Shown: positions 18,908 to 30,509 of the stretch, in pieces | How the letters are laid out: the number at the start of each line of letters is the position of its first letter | How positions within the stretch are numbered: the stretch's first letter is position 1 | Assembly: GCA_900617105.1 (NCBI GenBank) | Contig: UYFQ01000001.1 | Span: 1,240,001-1,304,000, forward strand | Length of the DNA: 64,000 nt | DNA from: Hydrurus foetidus | Taxonomy: Eukaryota | Direction of reading: 5' to 3' | Notes under the pieces: generated by a model | Told to the model about the DNA's origin: nothing | Databases searched by the model: none | Seen by the model: the letters and a program-made list of their open reading frames with translations, nothing else | Position numbers and translations under genes: made by a program

Positions 18908-19629
18908 CAGCTTGCCACGCTACATTCAAGCATGTAGCCAAGTCCCCTGATATTGCGAATACTCCAAGGGGAATCGCTGAGTTTGCGACGCAGACGGTGG
19001 ACGTAAACCTCCAACGCATTAGATTGCAAAGGCTCAGCTCCGCTGTGGGTGTGCCATTCTGTGAAAACCGCGTCACGGCTGACGACTTGGCCAGTATGGG
19101 CGACCAGCAAGCGCAGCAACTCCCATTCACGCTGGGTTAGTTCAGTCGGCTCATTGCCCAGCCACGCACGGGGAATATCGGGGTCTAGCCGCAGCTCATT
19201 GTGCGCTACTGCATCGCTCGGCGAAAGGGTGGATTCAACGTCCAAGGTCGGCACAAAAGCCGGCATTTTGGAGCGCCGCAGCAGCGAGGCAATGCGGGCA
19301 ATCAGCTCACTCATCTCAAATGGCTTGGTCAGGTAGTCGTCCGCACCGCGTTGCAACCCGGCTACGCGGTCGTCAATGCCGTCGCGGGCGGTGAGGATCA
19401 GCACTGGCAAGGCGGGGGTGCGCTGGCGGATGCAGTCCAGCACGTCCAGACCATCCATGCCTGGCAGGCCCAAATCTAGCACGGTGGCATCAAAGCGAAC
19501 CTTGGCCAACAGTTGCAGTGCCCGCTCGCCATCGGCCACGGCCTCAGCTTGATGGCCCGCGTAGCGCAGCTGGGCTGCCAGCGCGTCGCGCAGCAGTTCA
19601 TCGTCTTCAATCACCAGGAGTTTTGCCAT
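18907..19629 (-). CDS. OmpR-family response regulator, TctD-like
   Basis: LLVIEDD, LDLGLPGMDG, LTARD, GADDYLTKPF, LEVYVHRLRRKL. Confidence 0.9.
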   Translation of the reverse strand: MAKLLVIEDDELLRDALAAQLRYAGHQAEAVADGERALQLLAKVRFDATVLDLGLPGMDGLDVLDCIRQRTPALPVLILTARDGIDDRVAGLQRGADDYLTKPFEMSELIARIASLLRRSKMPAFVPTLDVESTLSPSDAVAHNELRLDPDIPRAWLGNEPTELTQREWELLRLLVAHTGQVVSRDAVFTEWHTHSGAEPLQSNALEVYVHRLRRKLSDSPWSIRNIRGLGYMLECSVAS

Positions 19630-19728
19630 GGGAAGGAGGATACAAGAGTCTTGGCGGAAAGTAGCTTCAATGAAGTTAGCTAAAGTTATTAAAGATACCC
19701 CCTGCTTCATGCCAATGGGTAGCCTCAG

Positions 19729-20724
19729 TTACTTCATCTCAGCCACGATTTCATACGACCTCAGCCGTGCGGTGTGGTCAAAAATACCGCTGGTCAGCAT
19801 CAACTCATCTGCACCGGTGCGTGCGATGAAGGCTTGCATAGCACGGTGCACGGTGTCTTTGTTGCCGATGGCAGAGCATGACAGCACGCTTTCCAGCATG
19901 GCCCGCTCTTGTGGCCCCACGCTTTGGGCGTAGCCCTGCACCGGCGGGGGAAGCTTGCCAGGGCGGCCTGTGCGCAGGTTAACGAACGCTTGCTGCCATG
20001 AGGTGGCGCGAAAGGCAGCTTCTTCATCGGACTCGGCTGCAAACACGTTGAAGCCCAACATCACATAAGGTTTGCTTAACCGTTGGTACTGGTTGTGTTG
20101 CAAGGCTGGCTTGAAGTTGGCCCGGTAAATGGCAATGGCTTGCATCATTTGCTGGGGCGCAAAGTGCGAGGCGAAGGCAAATGGCAAACCCAGGGCGGCT
20201 GCGAGTTGGGCACCAAACAAGCTGGAACCGAGTATCCACAGCGGCACCTTCATGCCGGTGCCGGGCACGGCACGCACGCCTTGTTGGGGTTCGTCAGAGA
20301 AATAATCTTGCAGCTCCATCACGTCACGCGGGAACTCGTCAGCATCGGATTCCAGGTTGCGGCGCAGGGCGCGGGCGGTAATTTGGTCAGAGCCGGGCGC
20401 GCGGCCCAGGCCCAGGTCAATGCGGCCAGGGTGCAGCGACGCTAAGGTGCCAAATTGCTCGGCAATCACCAGCGGCGAGTGGTTGGGTAGCATGATGCCG
20501 CCAGCGCCTACGCGGATGGTCTGAGTGCCTGCAGCCACATGGGCGATCAGCACGGCGGTGGCCGCGCTGGCGATGCCGGGCATACCGTGGTGCTCGGCCA
20601 GCCAGTAGCGCTGGTAGCCCCAGTTTTCAGCGTGCTGGGCCAGACTCAGGCTGTTGCGAAACGATTGAGCGGCATCACTGCCTGCGAGGATGGGGGAGAG
20701 GTCGAGTACGGAAAGGGGGATCAT
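19729..20724 (-). CDS. Luciferase-like (LLM) flavin-dependent monooxygenase
   Basis: [45 protein letters not shown]. Confidence 0.9.
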   Translation of the reverse strand: MIPLSVLDLSPILAGSDAAQSFRNSLSLAQHAENWGYQRYWLAEHHGMPGIASAATAVLIAHVAAGTQTIRVGAGGIMLPNHSPLVIAEQFGTLASLHPGRIDLGLGRAPGSDQITARALRRNLESDADEFPRDVMELQDYFSDEPQQGVRAVPGTGMKVPLWILGSSLFGAQLAAALGLPFAFASHFAPQQMMQAIAIYRANFKPALQHNQYQRLSKPYVMLGFNVFAAESDEEAAFRATSWQQAFVNLRTGRPGKLPPPVQGYAQSVGPQERAMLESVLSCSAIGNKDTVHRAMQAFIARTGADELMLTSGIFDHTARLRSYEIVAEMK

Positions 20725-20815
20725 GGCATTGGCTGGTCGCTGGTACAGGAGGATCCGTGGCAGGATGGCCCCTTGAGGGATGGCTCCTTGAGATATGGCG
20801 CTTACCTTAGCGTTT

Positions 20816-23416
20816 TCAATGGGCGCTGGTGGTGCTGGTGTGCAGGGCCGCCCAAGCCTGTGCCAGTGGGGCCGGGCGGCCAAACAGGTAGCCTTGGGCG
20901 TAGGCACAACCCAAGCTCCGCAGCATGTGGGCTTGTTCGCGGGTTTCGATGCCTTCTGCTACAGCCTCTACGCCCAGGCCTTGGGTGATGTCCACCACGG
21001 CTTTCAAAATCGCCAGACTGCGTTCATTTTTTTCAGCTGCGACCACAAAGCTACGGTCGATTTTGAGCGCATGGAAGGGAAAACGGTTCAGGTACGAGAG
21101 CGAGGAATAGCCTGTGCCAAAGTCGTCCAGCGCAATGCCCACGCCCAGAGCATGCACATCGGCAATGGTTTTCATCGTGGGTGAATCTTCTTCCATCATC
21201 ACGCTTTCGGTGATTTCTACCATCAGCGATTTGGCCGGTATACCGCTGCGGGCAATGGCCGCAGCCACGGTTTTTGCAAAGTCGGCTTGCACCAGTTGCC
21301 GTACCGATACGTTGACGTGCAAGGTGAAGTGGTCGTCCAAACCTTGCTCGCGCATGAGCTGGGCGACTTCAGAGGTGGCTTGCATCATCACCCAGTTGCC
21401 CAACTCCACAATCTGGCCTGATTCTTCTGCCACAGGGATGAAATCAACGGGGTTGACCATGCCGCGCGTGCCGCTTTGCCAGCGCACCAGGGCTTCCAGA
21501 CCGCAGATTTTTTCAGTTTGAAGATCAATGATGGGCTGAAAGTAAACCCGCAACTCGCTTTGGGCCAGCGCGATTTTGAGATCGGCCACGATGTGTGCGG
21601 CTGACAGGGCTTTGTTCAGCAGGGCACTCTCAAAGTCCACCCGCTGGCTGTGGCCCCGTGCTTTGGCGGCCCGCAGTGCAATGCCTGCTTGGTGCAGCAA
21701 ATCGGTGTCCACCTCTTTGCCGGTAACTTGGGTCATGACCACCCCCAAGCTGGCACGCAAGGTGACTTCATCGGTGGCCGTTTGAAACGGTGTGGCAAAC
21801 ACAGCAAGGACGTTGCTGATGAGGCTTTCGCGCTGCATGGGCAAAGGTACATCGGTCAGCAGCACGATGAACTCGTCACCGCTGGTGCGGGCGAGTAAGC
21901 AGCTTTGGGGGCAATGCGCATGCAAGCGGCTGGCAATTTGGCGCAGCAGGTGGTCGCCCGTTTTGGGGCCTAGCGAGGCATTCACCATTTTGAAGTTGTC
22001 AACTCCCAACAGTACCAGTACCAGCTCGCGTGGGGTTTCCCACTGCGCAGCGGCGAGCAGACCCTGGCGGTTGAGCAACCCGGTGGTGCTGTCGTTCATT
22101 GCCAAATCATGTAAATTAAGCAGCTGCTTTTGAATGCGCTGTGACATGGCATTGAAAGCATTCGTCAGCATGGCGATTTCCAAAATACTGCTGGGGCGCA
22201 TGTTGATGAGGCCCATGTCGGATGCACTGGCCACACGGCTGGCCGCTTCAGCTGTCTTTTGGATGGGTCGTGCAATGCGTTTGACTGTCCAAAGGCCTAT
22301 GCTCAGCCCGACGACTGCGAGAGCCAGTGCGACCAACAGGCTGACGTTGGCATTTTGGCGAGCATCATCCGATAGTTCAGCCTCTGATACCAGTGCCACC
22401 AAGCGCCAATTGAGACCTTTGGGGTCTCTATAGTGAGTCGCTCTCACAAAGTAATTGTCTTCGTTCAGGGTTAATTTGAAGCTTGACGCTGCATTGTCAG
22501 AACGAGGCAGACCTGTTGAGGCCAGGGGGAGCGCTGCCAACTGCGCAAAACTAGCCCGTACCAAAGGCAAATCACTGAGGTCTGCCGTCAAGATGACCGG
22601 ACGATTTTCAGCGGGGGTTTCGGTGACGAGTTCTTTGCCTTTGGATTGCGCCACCAATTGACCTTTTTCATCCACGATATACAACAGGGCACTTTTGTAC
22701 TTTGTGTGTAAAGGCGTTTGGCGCAAAAACTCAGACATAGCGCTAAGTGACACAGCCGTACTTACAGCGCCCAGCAGTTCCCCTGTGGGCGATAGCATGG
22801 GGGATGTCGCTGAAATTGATACATAGTTGGGATCAACACTGCTCGCGAACAAGGCTGACCAGCGTGCTTGTTTGCTTTGTGCTGTGGGCTCATACCAAGG
22901 GCGGCTGCGCACATCATAGGAGTCAACGATTTTCCGTACCTCAGTGCTTTCTGGCTGGTAGGAAATCAATTTATTGGCGGTTCGGCTGTCCTTCAGCGTC
23001 AATGAGGTTTTCCCTTTCCCCTCGGAATTGGTGCTCACACCGATATATTCGCCTCGCTCTGTGCCCATTTGAAGCATGGGTATCTGCTTGTAATGGGGTT
23101 TAATAATTTCTTTGGAAACACCAAGAAAAAAGAACTCTATGCGGCTCAAATCTCCAGGTGTGTAGAGTGACTGCCGAGCGATGCTGTCTACAACAAACCA
23201 TTGCAGCTGGAATGGCTGCTCCAAGTAGTGTTCAAGCCGGGTATGCACATGGTCACTGCTGGTCTCCAGTAAATTGATACTGTTTTCATCGATAGAGCGG
23301 CTGACAGCAGCTTGGTGTGAGGCGACCAGAATACCAAAGACAAGCATCAACACCACGGCGAAAGGCAGTGACAAGGCCAGCCAAAGTGGCAAACGTAGCT
23401 TGGACAAAGTGCGCAT
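20816..23416 (-). CDS. Cache-HAMP-GGDEF(degenerate)-EAL protein, probable c-di-GMP phosphodiesterase
   Basis: Periplasmic YDVRSRPWY Cache motif; SGDEF instead of GGDEF; intact EALVRW and [10 protein letters not shown]. Confidence 0.87.
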   Translation of the reverse strand: MRTLSKLRLPLWLALSLPFAVVLMLVFGILVASHQAAVSRSIDENSINLLETSSDHVHTRLEHYLEQPFQLQWFVVDSIARQSLYTPGDLSRIEFFFLGVSKEIIKPHYKQIPMLQMGTERGEYIGVSTNSEGKGKTSLTLKDSRTANKLISYQPESTEVRKIVDSYDVRSRPWYEPTAQSKQARWSALFASSVDPNYVSISATSPMLSPTGELLGAVSTAVSLSAMSEFLRQTPLHTKYKSALLYIVDEKGQLVAQSKGKELVTETPAENRPVILTADLSDLPLVRASFAQLAALPLASTGLPRSDNAASSFKLTLNEDNYFVRATHYRDPKGLNWRLVALVSEAELSDDARQNANVSLLVALALAVVGLSIGLWTVKRIARPIQKTAEAASRVASASDMGLINMRPSSILEIAMLTNAFNAMSQRIQKQLLNLHDLAMNDSTTGLLNRQGLLAAAQWETPRELVLVLLGVDNFKMVNASLGPKTGDHLLRQIASRLHAHCPQSCLLARTSGDEFIVLLTDVPLPMQRESLISNVLAVFATPFQTATDEVTLRASLGVVMTQVTGKEVDTDLLHQAGIALRAAKARGHSQRVDFESALLNKALSAAHIVADLKIALAQSELRVYFQPIIDLQTEKICGLEALVRWQSGTRGMVNPVDFIPVAEESGQIVELGNWVMMQATSEVAQLMREQGLDDHFTLHVNVSVRQLVQADFAKTVAAAIARSGIPAKSLMVEITESVMMEEDSPTMKTIADVHALGVGIALDDFGTGYSSLSYLNRFPFHALKIDRSFVVAAEKNERSLAILKAVVDITQGLGVEAVAEGIETREQAHMLRSLGCAYAQGYLFGRPAPLAQAWAALHTSTTSAH

Positions 23417-23447
23417 GGTAGTTATTTTGTCCTCTATTATTCACACA

Positions 23448-25055
23448 ATGAAAAGCCTTGCTCGCCGTCCCCTGTTGGCGCTTGCCGCCGCCATGGTTGT
23501 TCCAATGTGGCTGCCCCGCAGTGCGTGGGGCCAGTCGCCCACTGTTGCGTTCGCACTCGGTGTGGCCAGCGGCTCGCCCACGCATGAAGGCGTGGTGTTG
23601 TGGACGCGCTTGGTCAGCCCTGGGGCAGTGGGGCATTCCAATCTTGGCCGCGCCACCATCACCGTGCAGTGGGAGGTAGCCCATGACGAAGGCTTTGGGC
23701 GCATCGTACAACGCGGCCATGCCTCTGCGGTGGCTGAATTGGCGCATTCCGTGCATGTGGAGCTGAAGGGGCTGGAGCCTGACCGCTGGTACTTTTACCG
23801 CTTCATCGCGGGTGGCGTGGTCAGCCCGGTAGGCCGTACCCGCACCTTCCCCGCCCCTGGTACGCCAGCCGCCAAGCTGCGCTTGGCCTACGCCTCATGC
23901 CAGAAATGGGAGGACGGCTACTTCAGCGCCTACACCCACATGAGGCAAGAGGACGTGGACATGGTGCTGTTTTTGGGCGACTACCTGTATGAAACCCCCG
24001 GCACCAGCACACGCATTCGCCGCCCTAACCGCACCCCCAGCGGCGGTTGGCTGCTGACGCTGGACGATTACCGCGCCCGCTACGCCCTTTACAAGACCGA
24101 GCCTGAGTTGCAAGCCATGCACGCCGCCTGCCCCTGGCTGATGACTTGGGATGACCATGAGGTGCAAAACGATTACGCGGGCTTGACGGCGGGCAGCAGT
24201 GGCAAAAACAGCCCCACCGTAGACGACTTCACTGCCCGTCGCACCGCCGCGTACCAAGCCTATTACGAGCACATGCCGCTGCGTGCCAGCGTGCTGACGC
24301 AAGCATTGAAGGGCTTGAACGGTGGCGCGGAAATGCGCCTGTACAGCCAAGTCGCTTTCGGCAACTTGGCGAACCTTACCCTGCTGGACAGCCGCCAGTA
24401 CCGCGACCCTCAAGCCTGCACACCTGAAGGCAAACTGGGCTCAGGCGCACTTGATCCGCGAACTTGCCCTGATTGGAACGACCCTGCCCGCAGTCTGCTT
24501 GGCATGGCCCAAGAGCAGTGGCTGGACCGCCAGTTTCAAGCCGCTGGAGCCTCCACCTGGAACATCATCGGTCAGCAAACCCTGTTCGGCCAGCGGGACT
24601 TCCGCCCCGGCCCGGATCAGTTCTTTTGGAACGATGGCTGGGATGGCTACGCCCCCGCACGCCAACGCTTGACCCAATCCCTGCAAAACCACCGTGTGCC
24701 CAACCCCGTGCTGCTGGGCGGCGATCTGCATGAAAACTGGGTGGGCCACGTCAAAGCCGATTACAACAACCACAACAACCCGAAAAGCGAGCGCATCGGC
24801 GTTGAGTTCTGTGGCACCAGCATCACTTCACGCTCCAGCGGCAGCAGCAAATCAGCCGAATGGCTGGCTGAGAACCCGCATTTTGTGTTCGCGGACACCG
24901 AGCGCAAAGGCTACGGCGTGGTGGAGTTCACGCCTCAACGTTTGACCACAACCCTGCGCGTGGTTGACCAAGTGACCGAACGCACCAGCCAGATCGAGAC
25001 GCTGGCCGCGTTTGAGGTGCAGGCTGGCAGGGCCGTGATAGATCGGTTAAGTTGA
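23448..25055 (+). CDS. phoD: Alkaline phosphatase D family protein, probable Tat export
   Basis: ARRPLLAL twin-arginine-like leader; FALGVASGSP, LGDYLYE, WDDHEVQND, LDSRQYR, DGWDGY, GDLH. Confidence 0.9.
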   Translation: MKSLARRPLLALAAAMVVPMWLPRSAWGQSPTVAFALGVASGSPTHEGVVLWTRLVSPGAVGHSNLGRATITVQWEVAHDEGFGRIVQRGHASAVAELAHSVHVELKGLEPDRWYFYRFIAGGVVSPVGRTRTFPAPGTPAAKLRLAYASCQKWEDGYFSAYTHMRQEDVDMVLFLGDYLYETPGTSTRIRRPNRTPSGGWLLTLDDYRARYALYKTEPELQAMHAACPWLMTWDDHEVQNDYAGLTAGSSGKNSPTVDDFTARRTAAYQAYYEHMPLRASVLTQALKGLNGGAEMRLYSQVAFGNLANLTLLDSRQYRDPQACTPEGKLGSGALDPRTCPDWNDPARSLLGMAQEQWLDRQFQAAGASTWNIIGQQTLFGQRDFRPGPDQFFWNDGWDGYAPARQRLTQSLQNHRVPNPVLLGGDLHENWVGHVKADYNNHNNPKSERIGVEFCGTSITSRSSGSSKSAEWLAENPHFVFADTERKGYGVVEFTPQRLTTTLRVVDQVTERTSQIETLAAFEVQAGRAVIDRLS

Positions 25056-25060
25056 GGGTT

Positions 25061-25115
25061 TAAAAGCCTTCTAACTCTTTATTTATAAGCGGTAATAGCT
25101 ATCAAATAAATAGCA
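25061..25115. repeat. Intergenic copy of the dispersed motif
   Basis: GC-GGTAATA-GCTAT-CAAATAA-ATAGC. Confidence 0.7.
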
Positions 25116-25124
25116 TGGTTAAAT

Positions 25125-26036
25125 TCAAAGACCCCCACCGGCTTTGCGTGCTTCCATCTCACGAACCAAGGCACGGGCCTCGTCACCTTCAGGGATGGGG
25201 CGGCCACTGTCACGCCATGCCACGGCGGCTTTGAACCCATTTTCTTGCGCAAATCGGCGAAACCACAGACCCTCAGGGTTGTGGCGGGTGATGCCGTCAA
25301 ACACCGTCGCCATACTTTGTGACTGCTCCAGCCCCATGTTCAGCATGACCTGGTTGACCACCATTTTGTGCATCGCCAAGTGGCTGCGAGGCACACCAGC
25401 AATGCGGTTGGCGAGGGCCAGGGTGGTGGCTTCTAGCGCGTCAAAAGGCACCGCGTCATTGGCCAAGCCCCAGGCCAGCGCACGCACACCGTCGATGGTG
25501 TCGCCGGTGAACATCATTTGTTTGGCCCGAATCGGCCCCAGGCGGTAAGTCCACATGGCGGTGGTGGGACAACCCCAAACACGGGTGGGCATGTAGCCGA
25601 TGCGTGCGTCTTCGGCCATCACCAGCAAATCACAGCACAGCGCAATGTCACTGCCCCCGGCGGCCGCATAGCCGTGGACTTTGGCGATGGTGGGTTTGGG
25701 GCTGCGCCACAGGCTCATGAAATCTTCCGTGTTGCGCTTCATGAAGGCGTAATCGTCCATTGGATCCCAGGGATGGCGCTCTTGCTGGCAGGGGTGATCT
25801 ATCTCACCTTCACCAAACAGACTGAGGTCATAGCCACCACAAAAGCCTTTGCCTGCACCTTCCACCACGATCACGTGAATATCCGTATTGTCATTGGCCC
25901 AGTCCACCGCTGCTCTGATTTCGCGTGGGGTCTGGTCGTTGATGGCGTTGAGTTTCTCGGGGCGGTTTAGCAACAAACGGGCAACACGGGGAAATGTGGG
26001 GTCTGCGTCGATACGCAGTGTCGAGTAGATGGGCAT
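25125..26036 (-). CDS. Enoyl-CoA hydratase/isomerase (crotonase) family protein
   Basis: [32 protein letters not shown]. Confidence 0.88.
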   Translation of the reverse strand: MPIYSTLRIDADPTFPRVARLLLNRPEKLNAINDQTPREIRAAVDWANDNTDIHVIVVEGAGKGFCGGYDLSLFGEGEIDHPCQQERHPWDPMDDYAFMKRNTEDFMSLWRSPKPTIAKVHGYAAAGGSDIALCCDLLVMAEDARIGYMPTRVWGCPTTAMWTYRLGPIRAKQMMFTGDTIDGVRALAWGLANDAVPFDALEATTLALANRIAGVPRSHLAMHKMVVNQVMLNMGLEQSQSMATVFDGITRHNPEGLWFRRFAQENGFKAAVAWRDSGRPIPEGDEARALVREMEARKAGGGL

Positions 26037-26078
26037 AGAGCTAATTCCTTGAGGTTGATAGATTCAGTGTGAGGTGCT

Positions 26079-26666
26079 TCAGGCATCAAACTGATCCGCG
26101 TTTTTGCCTTTGAATGGTGCATAAAACGCTTTGATCTCCACCATGTCGCGCTCAATGTCCCCTGTGGGCAGCAGCTGTGGCCCCAGGCCGCTGCGCTTGT
26201 TGGCGTAGTCCATGTAGGCCATCACGATGGGCACTTGCGCACCCAGGGCGATGTAGTAGAAGCCGGTTTTCCAGTACCTCGTTTTGCTGCGCGTCCCCTC
26301 GGGGGGCACCACCAATTGGAGCTGACCGGCTGCAGCCTTGATGGCGTCTGCTGAGGCTGCTACCAAATTGGTAGATTGCTCGCGGTTCACGGGGATGCCG
26401 CCCAGCCACATCATCACGCCGCGAAAGGGTGGTTTGAACAGACTGCTTTTGCCCATCCAGTAAATGTTCAAGCGCAACACAAAGGCCACCATCAGCGTGT
26501 AGGGTAAATCCCAGTTGCTGGTATGAGGGGCAGCGATCAGCACGCATTTGGTGGCGTTGGCCGGTAAATGGCCTGTGACTTTCCAGCCCGTGAGTTTCAA
26601 AAAAGCGATGGACAGGCCACGCAGCAGGGTGTTGACGACAGGGGTGGTGAAAATAGTGCGGTGCAT
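26079..26666 (-). CDS. Lysophospholipid/PlsC-like acyltransferase
   Basis: APHTSNWD (HxxxxD), PEGTRS motifs. Confidence 0.88.
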   Translation of the reverse strand: MHRTIFTTPVVNTLLRGLSIAFLKLTGWKVTGHLPANATKCVLIAAPHTSNWDLPYTLMVAFVLRLNIYWMGKSSLFKPPFRGVMMWLGGIPVNREQSTNLVAASADAIKAAAGQLQLVVPPEGTRSKTRYWKTGFYYIALGAQVPIVMAYMDYANKRSGLGPQLLPTGDIERDMVEIKAFYAPFKGKNADQFDA

Positions 26667-26785
26667 GGCGGTAAATTATCCGTCACGGTGTAAATGACCT
26701 GCTGTACTTGTTGCTAAAGCAGGGTTTGCCCGACCTTGGGTGCGCCAACGACGTAAAATCAAGGCTTCCCCCACGATAGCCCCCC

Positions 26786-28120
26786 ATGACCGCAACACCC
26801 AGCGCCCCAGTCGACGTCTCCTTTTTCGCGCGCGCTGCCAAGCCGCTGTCCAGTTACCGCAAGTACTGGGCGGCCCGCTTTGGCACGGCTCCTGTGATGC
26901 CGATGAGCCGGGCCGAGATGGACAAGCTGGGCTGGGACAGCTGCGACGTCGTGCTGGTCACCGGCGATGCCTATGTGGACCACCCCAGCTTCGGCATGGC
27001 TGTGATCGGTCGCATGCTGGAAGCGCAAGGCTTTCGGGTGGGCATCATCGCCCAGCCCGACTGGACCAGCGCCGAAGCCTTCAAGGCGCTGGGCAAACCC
27101 AACCTGTTCTGGGGTGTGACCGCGGGCAACATGGATTCCATGATCAACCGCTACACCGCGGACCGCAAGATCCGCAGTGATGATGCCTACACCCCCGGCG
27201 ACATTGGTGGCAAGCGCCCCGACCGCGCCGCCATCGTCTACAGCCAGCGCTGCCGGGAGGCCTTCAAGGACACGCCCATCATCCTGGGAGGCATCGAGGG
27301 CTCTTTGCGCCGCATTGCCCACTACGACTACTGGAGCGACAAGGTACGCCGCAGCATCGTGGTGGATGCCAAATGCGACCTGCTGCTATACGGCAACGCC
27401 GAGCGCGCGATTGTCGAAATCGCCCACCGACTGGCTGCCAAGGAGCCGGTAGAGCAGATCACCGACGTGCGCGGCACCGCCTTTGTGCGCCGCCCCGATG
27501 ATGAAACCGGCAAGGGCTGGTTCGAGATCACGTCCACCAGCGTGGACGACGTAGGGCGCGTGGAAGCGCATGTGAACCCTTATATGACGACCAGCGAGCA
27601 GGCCGCCGAAAACGGTGCCACCTGCGCGAAGGAAGACGATGCCAAGGCCGTCGCCCAGGCTGCGGAAGCGGGGGCGCAAACAGCTAGCAAGCCCGTGGTG
27701 AATGCCGCGATTGCACCGCTCAAGTTCTTTGCCAACCCCGCGCTGACCAGCACCAAGAGCAAGATCAAGGTGCCGCCGCGGGATCGCTCTGTGATCCGCC
27801 TGCCCAGCTACGAGCAGGTCAAGTCCGACCCCATCCTCTATGCCCACGCCAACCGCGTGCTGCACCTGGAGACCAACCCCGGCAACGCCCGCGCGCTGGT
27901 GCAGGCGCATGGCGAGGGCACCACGGCCCGCGACGTCTGGATCAATCCGCCCCCCATTCCGCTGACCACGGCCGAGATGGACCTGGTGTTTGACTTGCCC
28001 TATGCGCGTAGCCCGCACCCCAGCTACGCCGACGAAAACGGCAGCCACGACCACGCCACCAAGATTCCGGCCTGGGAAATGATCCGCTTCAGCGTGAACA
28101 TCATGCGCGGCTGCTTTGGT

Positions 28121-28155
<35 letters not shown>

Positions 28156-28762
28156 CCGCATCATCCAGAGTCGCTCCGAAGAATCCATCATCAAAGAGGT
28201 GGAAGACATCCGCGACAAGGTGAAGGGCTTCACCGGCACCATCTCCGACCTGGGCGGCCCCACGGCGAATATGTACCGCCTGGGTTGCAAGAGCCCCGAG
28301 ATCGAAGCCGCCTGCCGCAAGCCCAGTTGCGTGTACCCCGGCATCTGCTCGAACCTCGGCACCAACCACGACCCGCTGATCAAAATCTACCGCCGCGCCC
28401 GCGCACTCAAAGGCATCAAGAAGATTCTGATTGGCTCCGGCCTGCGCTACGACCTGGCCGTGAAGAGCCCCGAGTATGTGAAAGAGCTGGTGCAGCACCA
28501 CGTGGGTGGGTACCTGAAGATTGCGCCCGAGCACACCGAGCAGGGTCCGCTCACCAAGATGATGAAGCCGGGCATCGGCAGCTACGACAAGTTCAAAACC
28601 TTGTTCGAGAAGTTCAGTGCCGAGGCGGGCAAGAAGCAGTTTCTGATTCCTTACTTCATCGCTGCCCACCCGGGTACGACGGATGAAGACATGATGAACC
28701 TGGCCATCTGGCTCAAGAAAAACGGCTTCAGGGCCGACCAGGTGCAGACCTTTTACCCCAGC

Positions 28763-28793
<31 letters not shown>

Positions 28794-29216
28794 GCGGTCG
28801 CAACCCGCTGCGCAAGATCCACCGCACCGCCGAGAGCGCTGACGAGACGGTGGATATCGTGCGTGGTGAAAAGCGTCGCCGTCTGCACAAGGCGTTTTTG
28901 CGCTACCACGACCCCAACAATTGGCCGCTGCTGCGCGAAGCCTTGAAGACCATGGGCCGCAACGGATCTGATCGGTAACGGCAAACACCATTTGATCCCC
29001 ACCTACCAGCCGTTGACCGATGGCAGCTACCAGAGCGCACGCAAGAAGAACTCGACCTCGGTGGGCGAGAGCGCTGCACCCGCTGACTCGAAAACCGTTG
29101 CCATGAAGGTGAAAGCCCAACCCGGTCGCCTGCTGACCCAGCACACGGGTTTGCCGCCTCGGGATAACGGTGGTGCTAAGAAAAAAGCCTCTCAGCGCTC
29201 TACCAGTGGGCGCTAG
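26786..29216 (+). CDS. ygiQ: YgiQ-family radical SAM protein, frameshifted near the C-terminus at ~28961
   Basis: [30 protein letters not shown]; the tail [13 protein letters not shown] continues in another frame after one extra A. Confidence 0.88.
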
Positions 29217-29236
29217 CAGCTATTGAATCAATAGCG
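29181..29236. repeat. Copy of the dispersed motif spanning the convergent ygiQ and acyltransferase stops
   Basis: GC-GCTAGCA-GCTAT-TGAATCA-ATAGC. Confidence 0.7.
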
Positions 29237-30382
29237 CAGTAAAGAGCGTAACGCCAGACGTGGCCAGTACACCCTGCGCCAGGGTGCGTCGGGGGACTCT
29301 ACCCAGCGGTGAAACCCCGTTGCCGCCCAAAGGCTCACCCCCCAACCCGCCACCGCAAAGCACAGCGCCAGCCCCGGCTGGGTCAAGCCCAGGCGAGCGA
29401 ACAAGACATTGACCAGCAACAGCACCGAGAAATGAACCAAAAACAGCGCGTAGGACGTTTGGCTGAGGTGTTGCATGGTGGCACTCCATCCGGTAGACGC
29501 GCATTGTGTGAGCCATCCCCCAAGTGAGGTTGGTGCGTCAGCGTCATTTTGCGTTGCAGACTGAGAACCATGGCCCCACGCCACCAGCACCAGTGCAACC
29601 CCCAAGGCCAGCGCGATGCGTGGCCTGAAATCCAACTCCAGTGCCACCACGCCCAATAGAACCGCCAGTAAAAACAGCGTTTGCGCACTGCGCGAAGCAT
29701 CTTCTTGCAGCCGTGCCCACCATGCCAGCGCACCCAAGCCATAGGCTCCAAAAAAGTAAACCGCCCAATTGTCGAAAGTTGCAAACCGGTTGAACCCCAG
29801 CAAAGAGACCACGCACAACGCCGCGACCATTGTTTGCGTCCGCCGGGTCGCCCCACGCCCGGCCCACACCAGCAGCGTCAGCACGGTGAACAGCTGAAAA
29901 TCCATCGCCACGTACCACACGCCAGCAGACAGCGCCTCAAAGCCCAGCAGGCCTTGCACCAGCCCCGCGTGGGCCAGCCACTGCGTCCACGTCGGTGCTT
30001 CAGGCACCACATCTTGTGGCAACCAGGGCCGCGCCCAGCTGGCGCACAGCACGGCCAACACCAGAGCTGCAAGGTAGGGTGTCAACAGCCTGACATAGCG
30101 GTTGGTGATGTCCACCCAGGGCGCACGCACAGCCGTGCGTGATGAAGACAGCCCCCTTGCGGCCAGATAGCCGCTGACCACCAAAAACACCTGCACCGCT
30201 AGCCGACCGTGCGCGTACAGCCAAGGCACCACATGCGGCAGCAAGCGCCGTGCTGCATCGGACACAGGCCCATAGGCTGCGAAGTGGTGCAGCACAATCA
30301 ACTGTGCGGCGATGGCTTTGAGTCCGTCAATCAGGGGAAAGCGGGTGGGGCGGGTGATGCGGGAAGAACCAAGGGTTTTCAT
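29228..30382 (-). CDS. Acyltransferase-3 (OafA/YrhL-like) membrane protein
   Basis: IDGLKAIAAQLIVLHH, AVQVFLVVSGYL, WYVAMDFQ, SYALFLVH; start uncertain (30382 or 30409). Confidence 0.85.
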   Translation of the reverse strand: MKTLGSSRITRPTRFPLIDGLKAIAAQLIVLHHFAAYGPVSDAARRLLPHVVPWLYAHGRLAVQVFLVVSGYLAARGLSSSRTAVRAPWVDITNRYVRLLTPYLAALVLAVLCASWARPWLPQDVVPEAPTWTQWLAHAGLVQGLLGFEALSAGVWYVAMDFQLFTVLTLLVWAGRGATRRTQTMVAALCVVSLLGFNRFATFDNWAVYFFGAYGLGALAWWARLQEDASRSAQTLFLLAVLLGVVALELDFRPRIALALGVALVLVAWGHGSQSATQNDADAPTSLGGWLTQCASTGWSATMQHLSQTSYALFLVHFSVLLLVNVLFARLGLTQPGLALCFAVAGWGVSLWAATGFHRWVESPDAPWRRVYWPRLALRSLLRY

Positions 30383-30509
30383 GGGAGTCTGCGTGAGGCG
30401 GCGAAGCATACACGATCCCCTGCTGGGGTTTCCAGCTTGACATGAAGCGGGGATAGCCACACGGTGATAATGTAGAAAGCCGCGTGGCGCACATTTTGCC
30501 GAGGTCATC

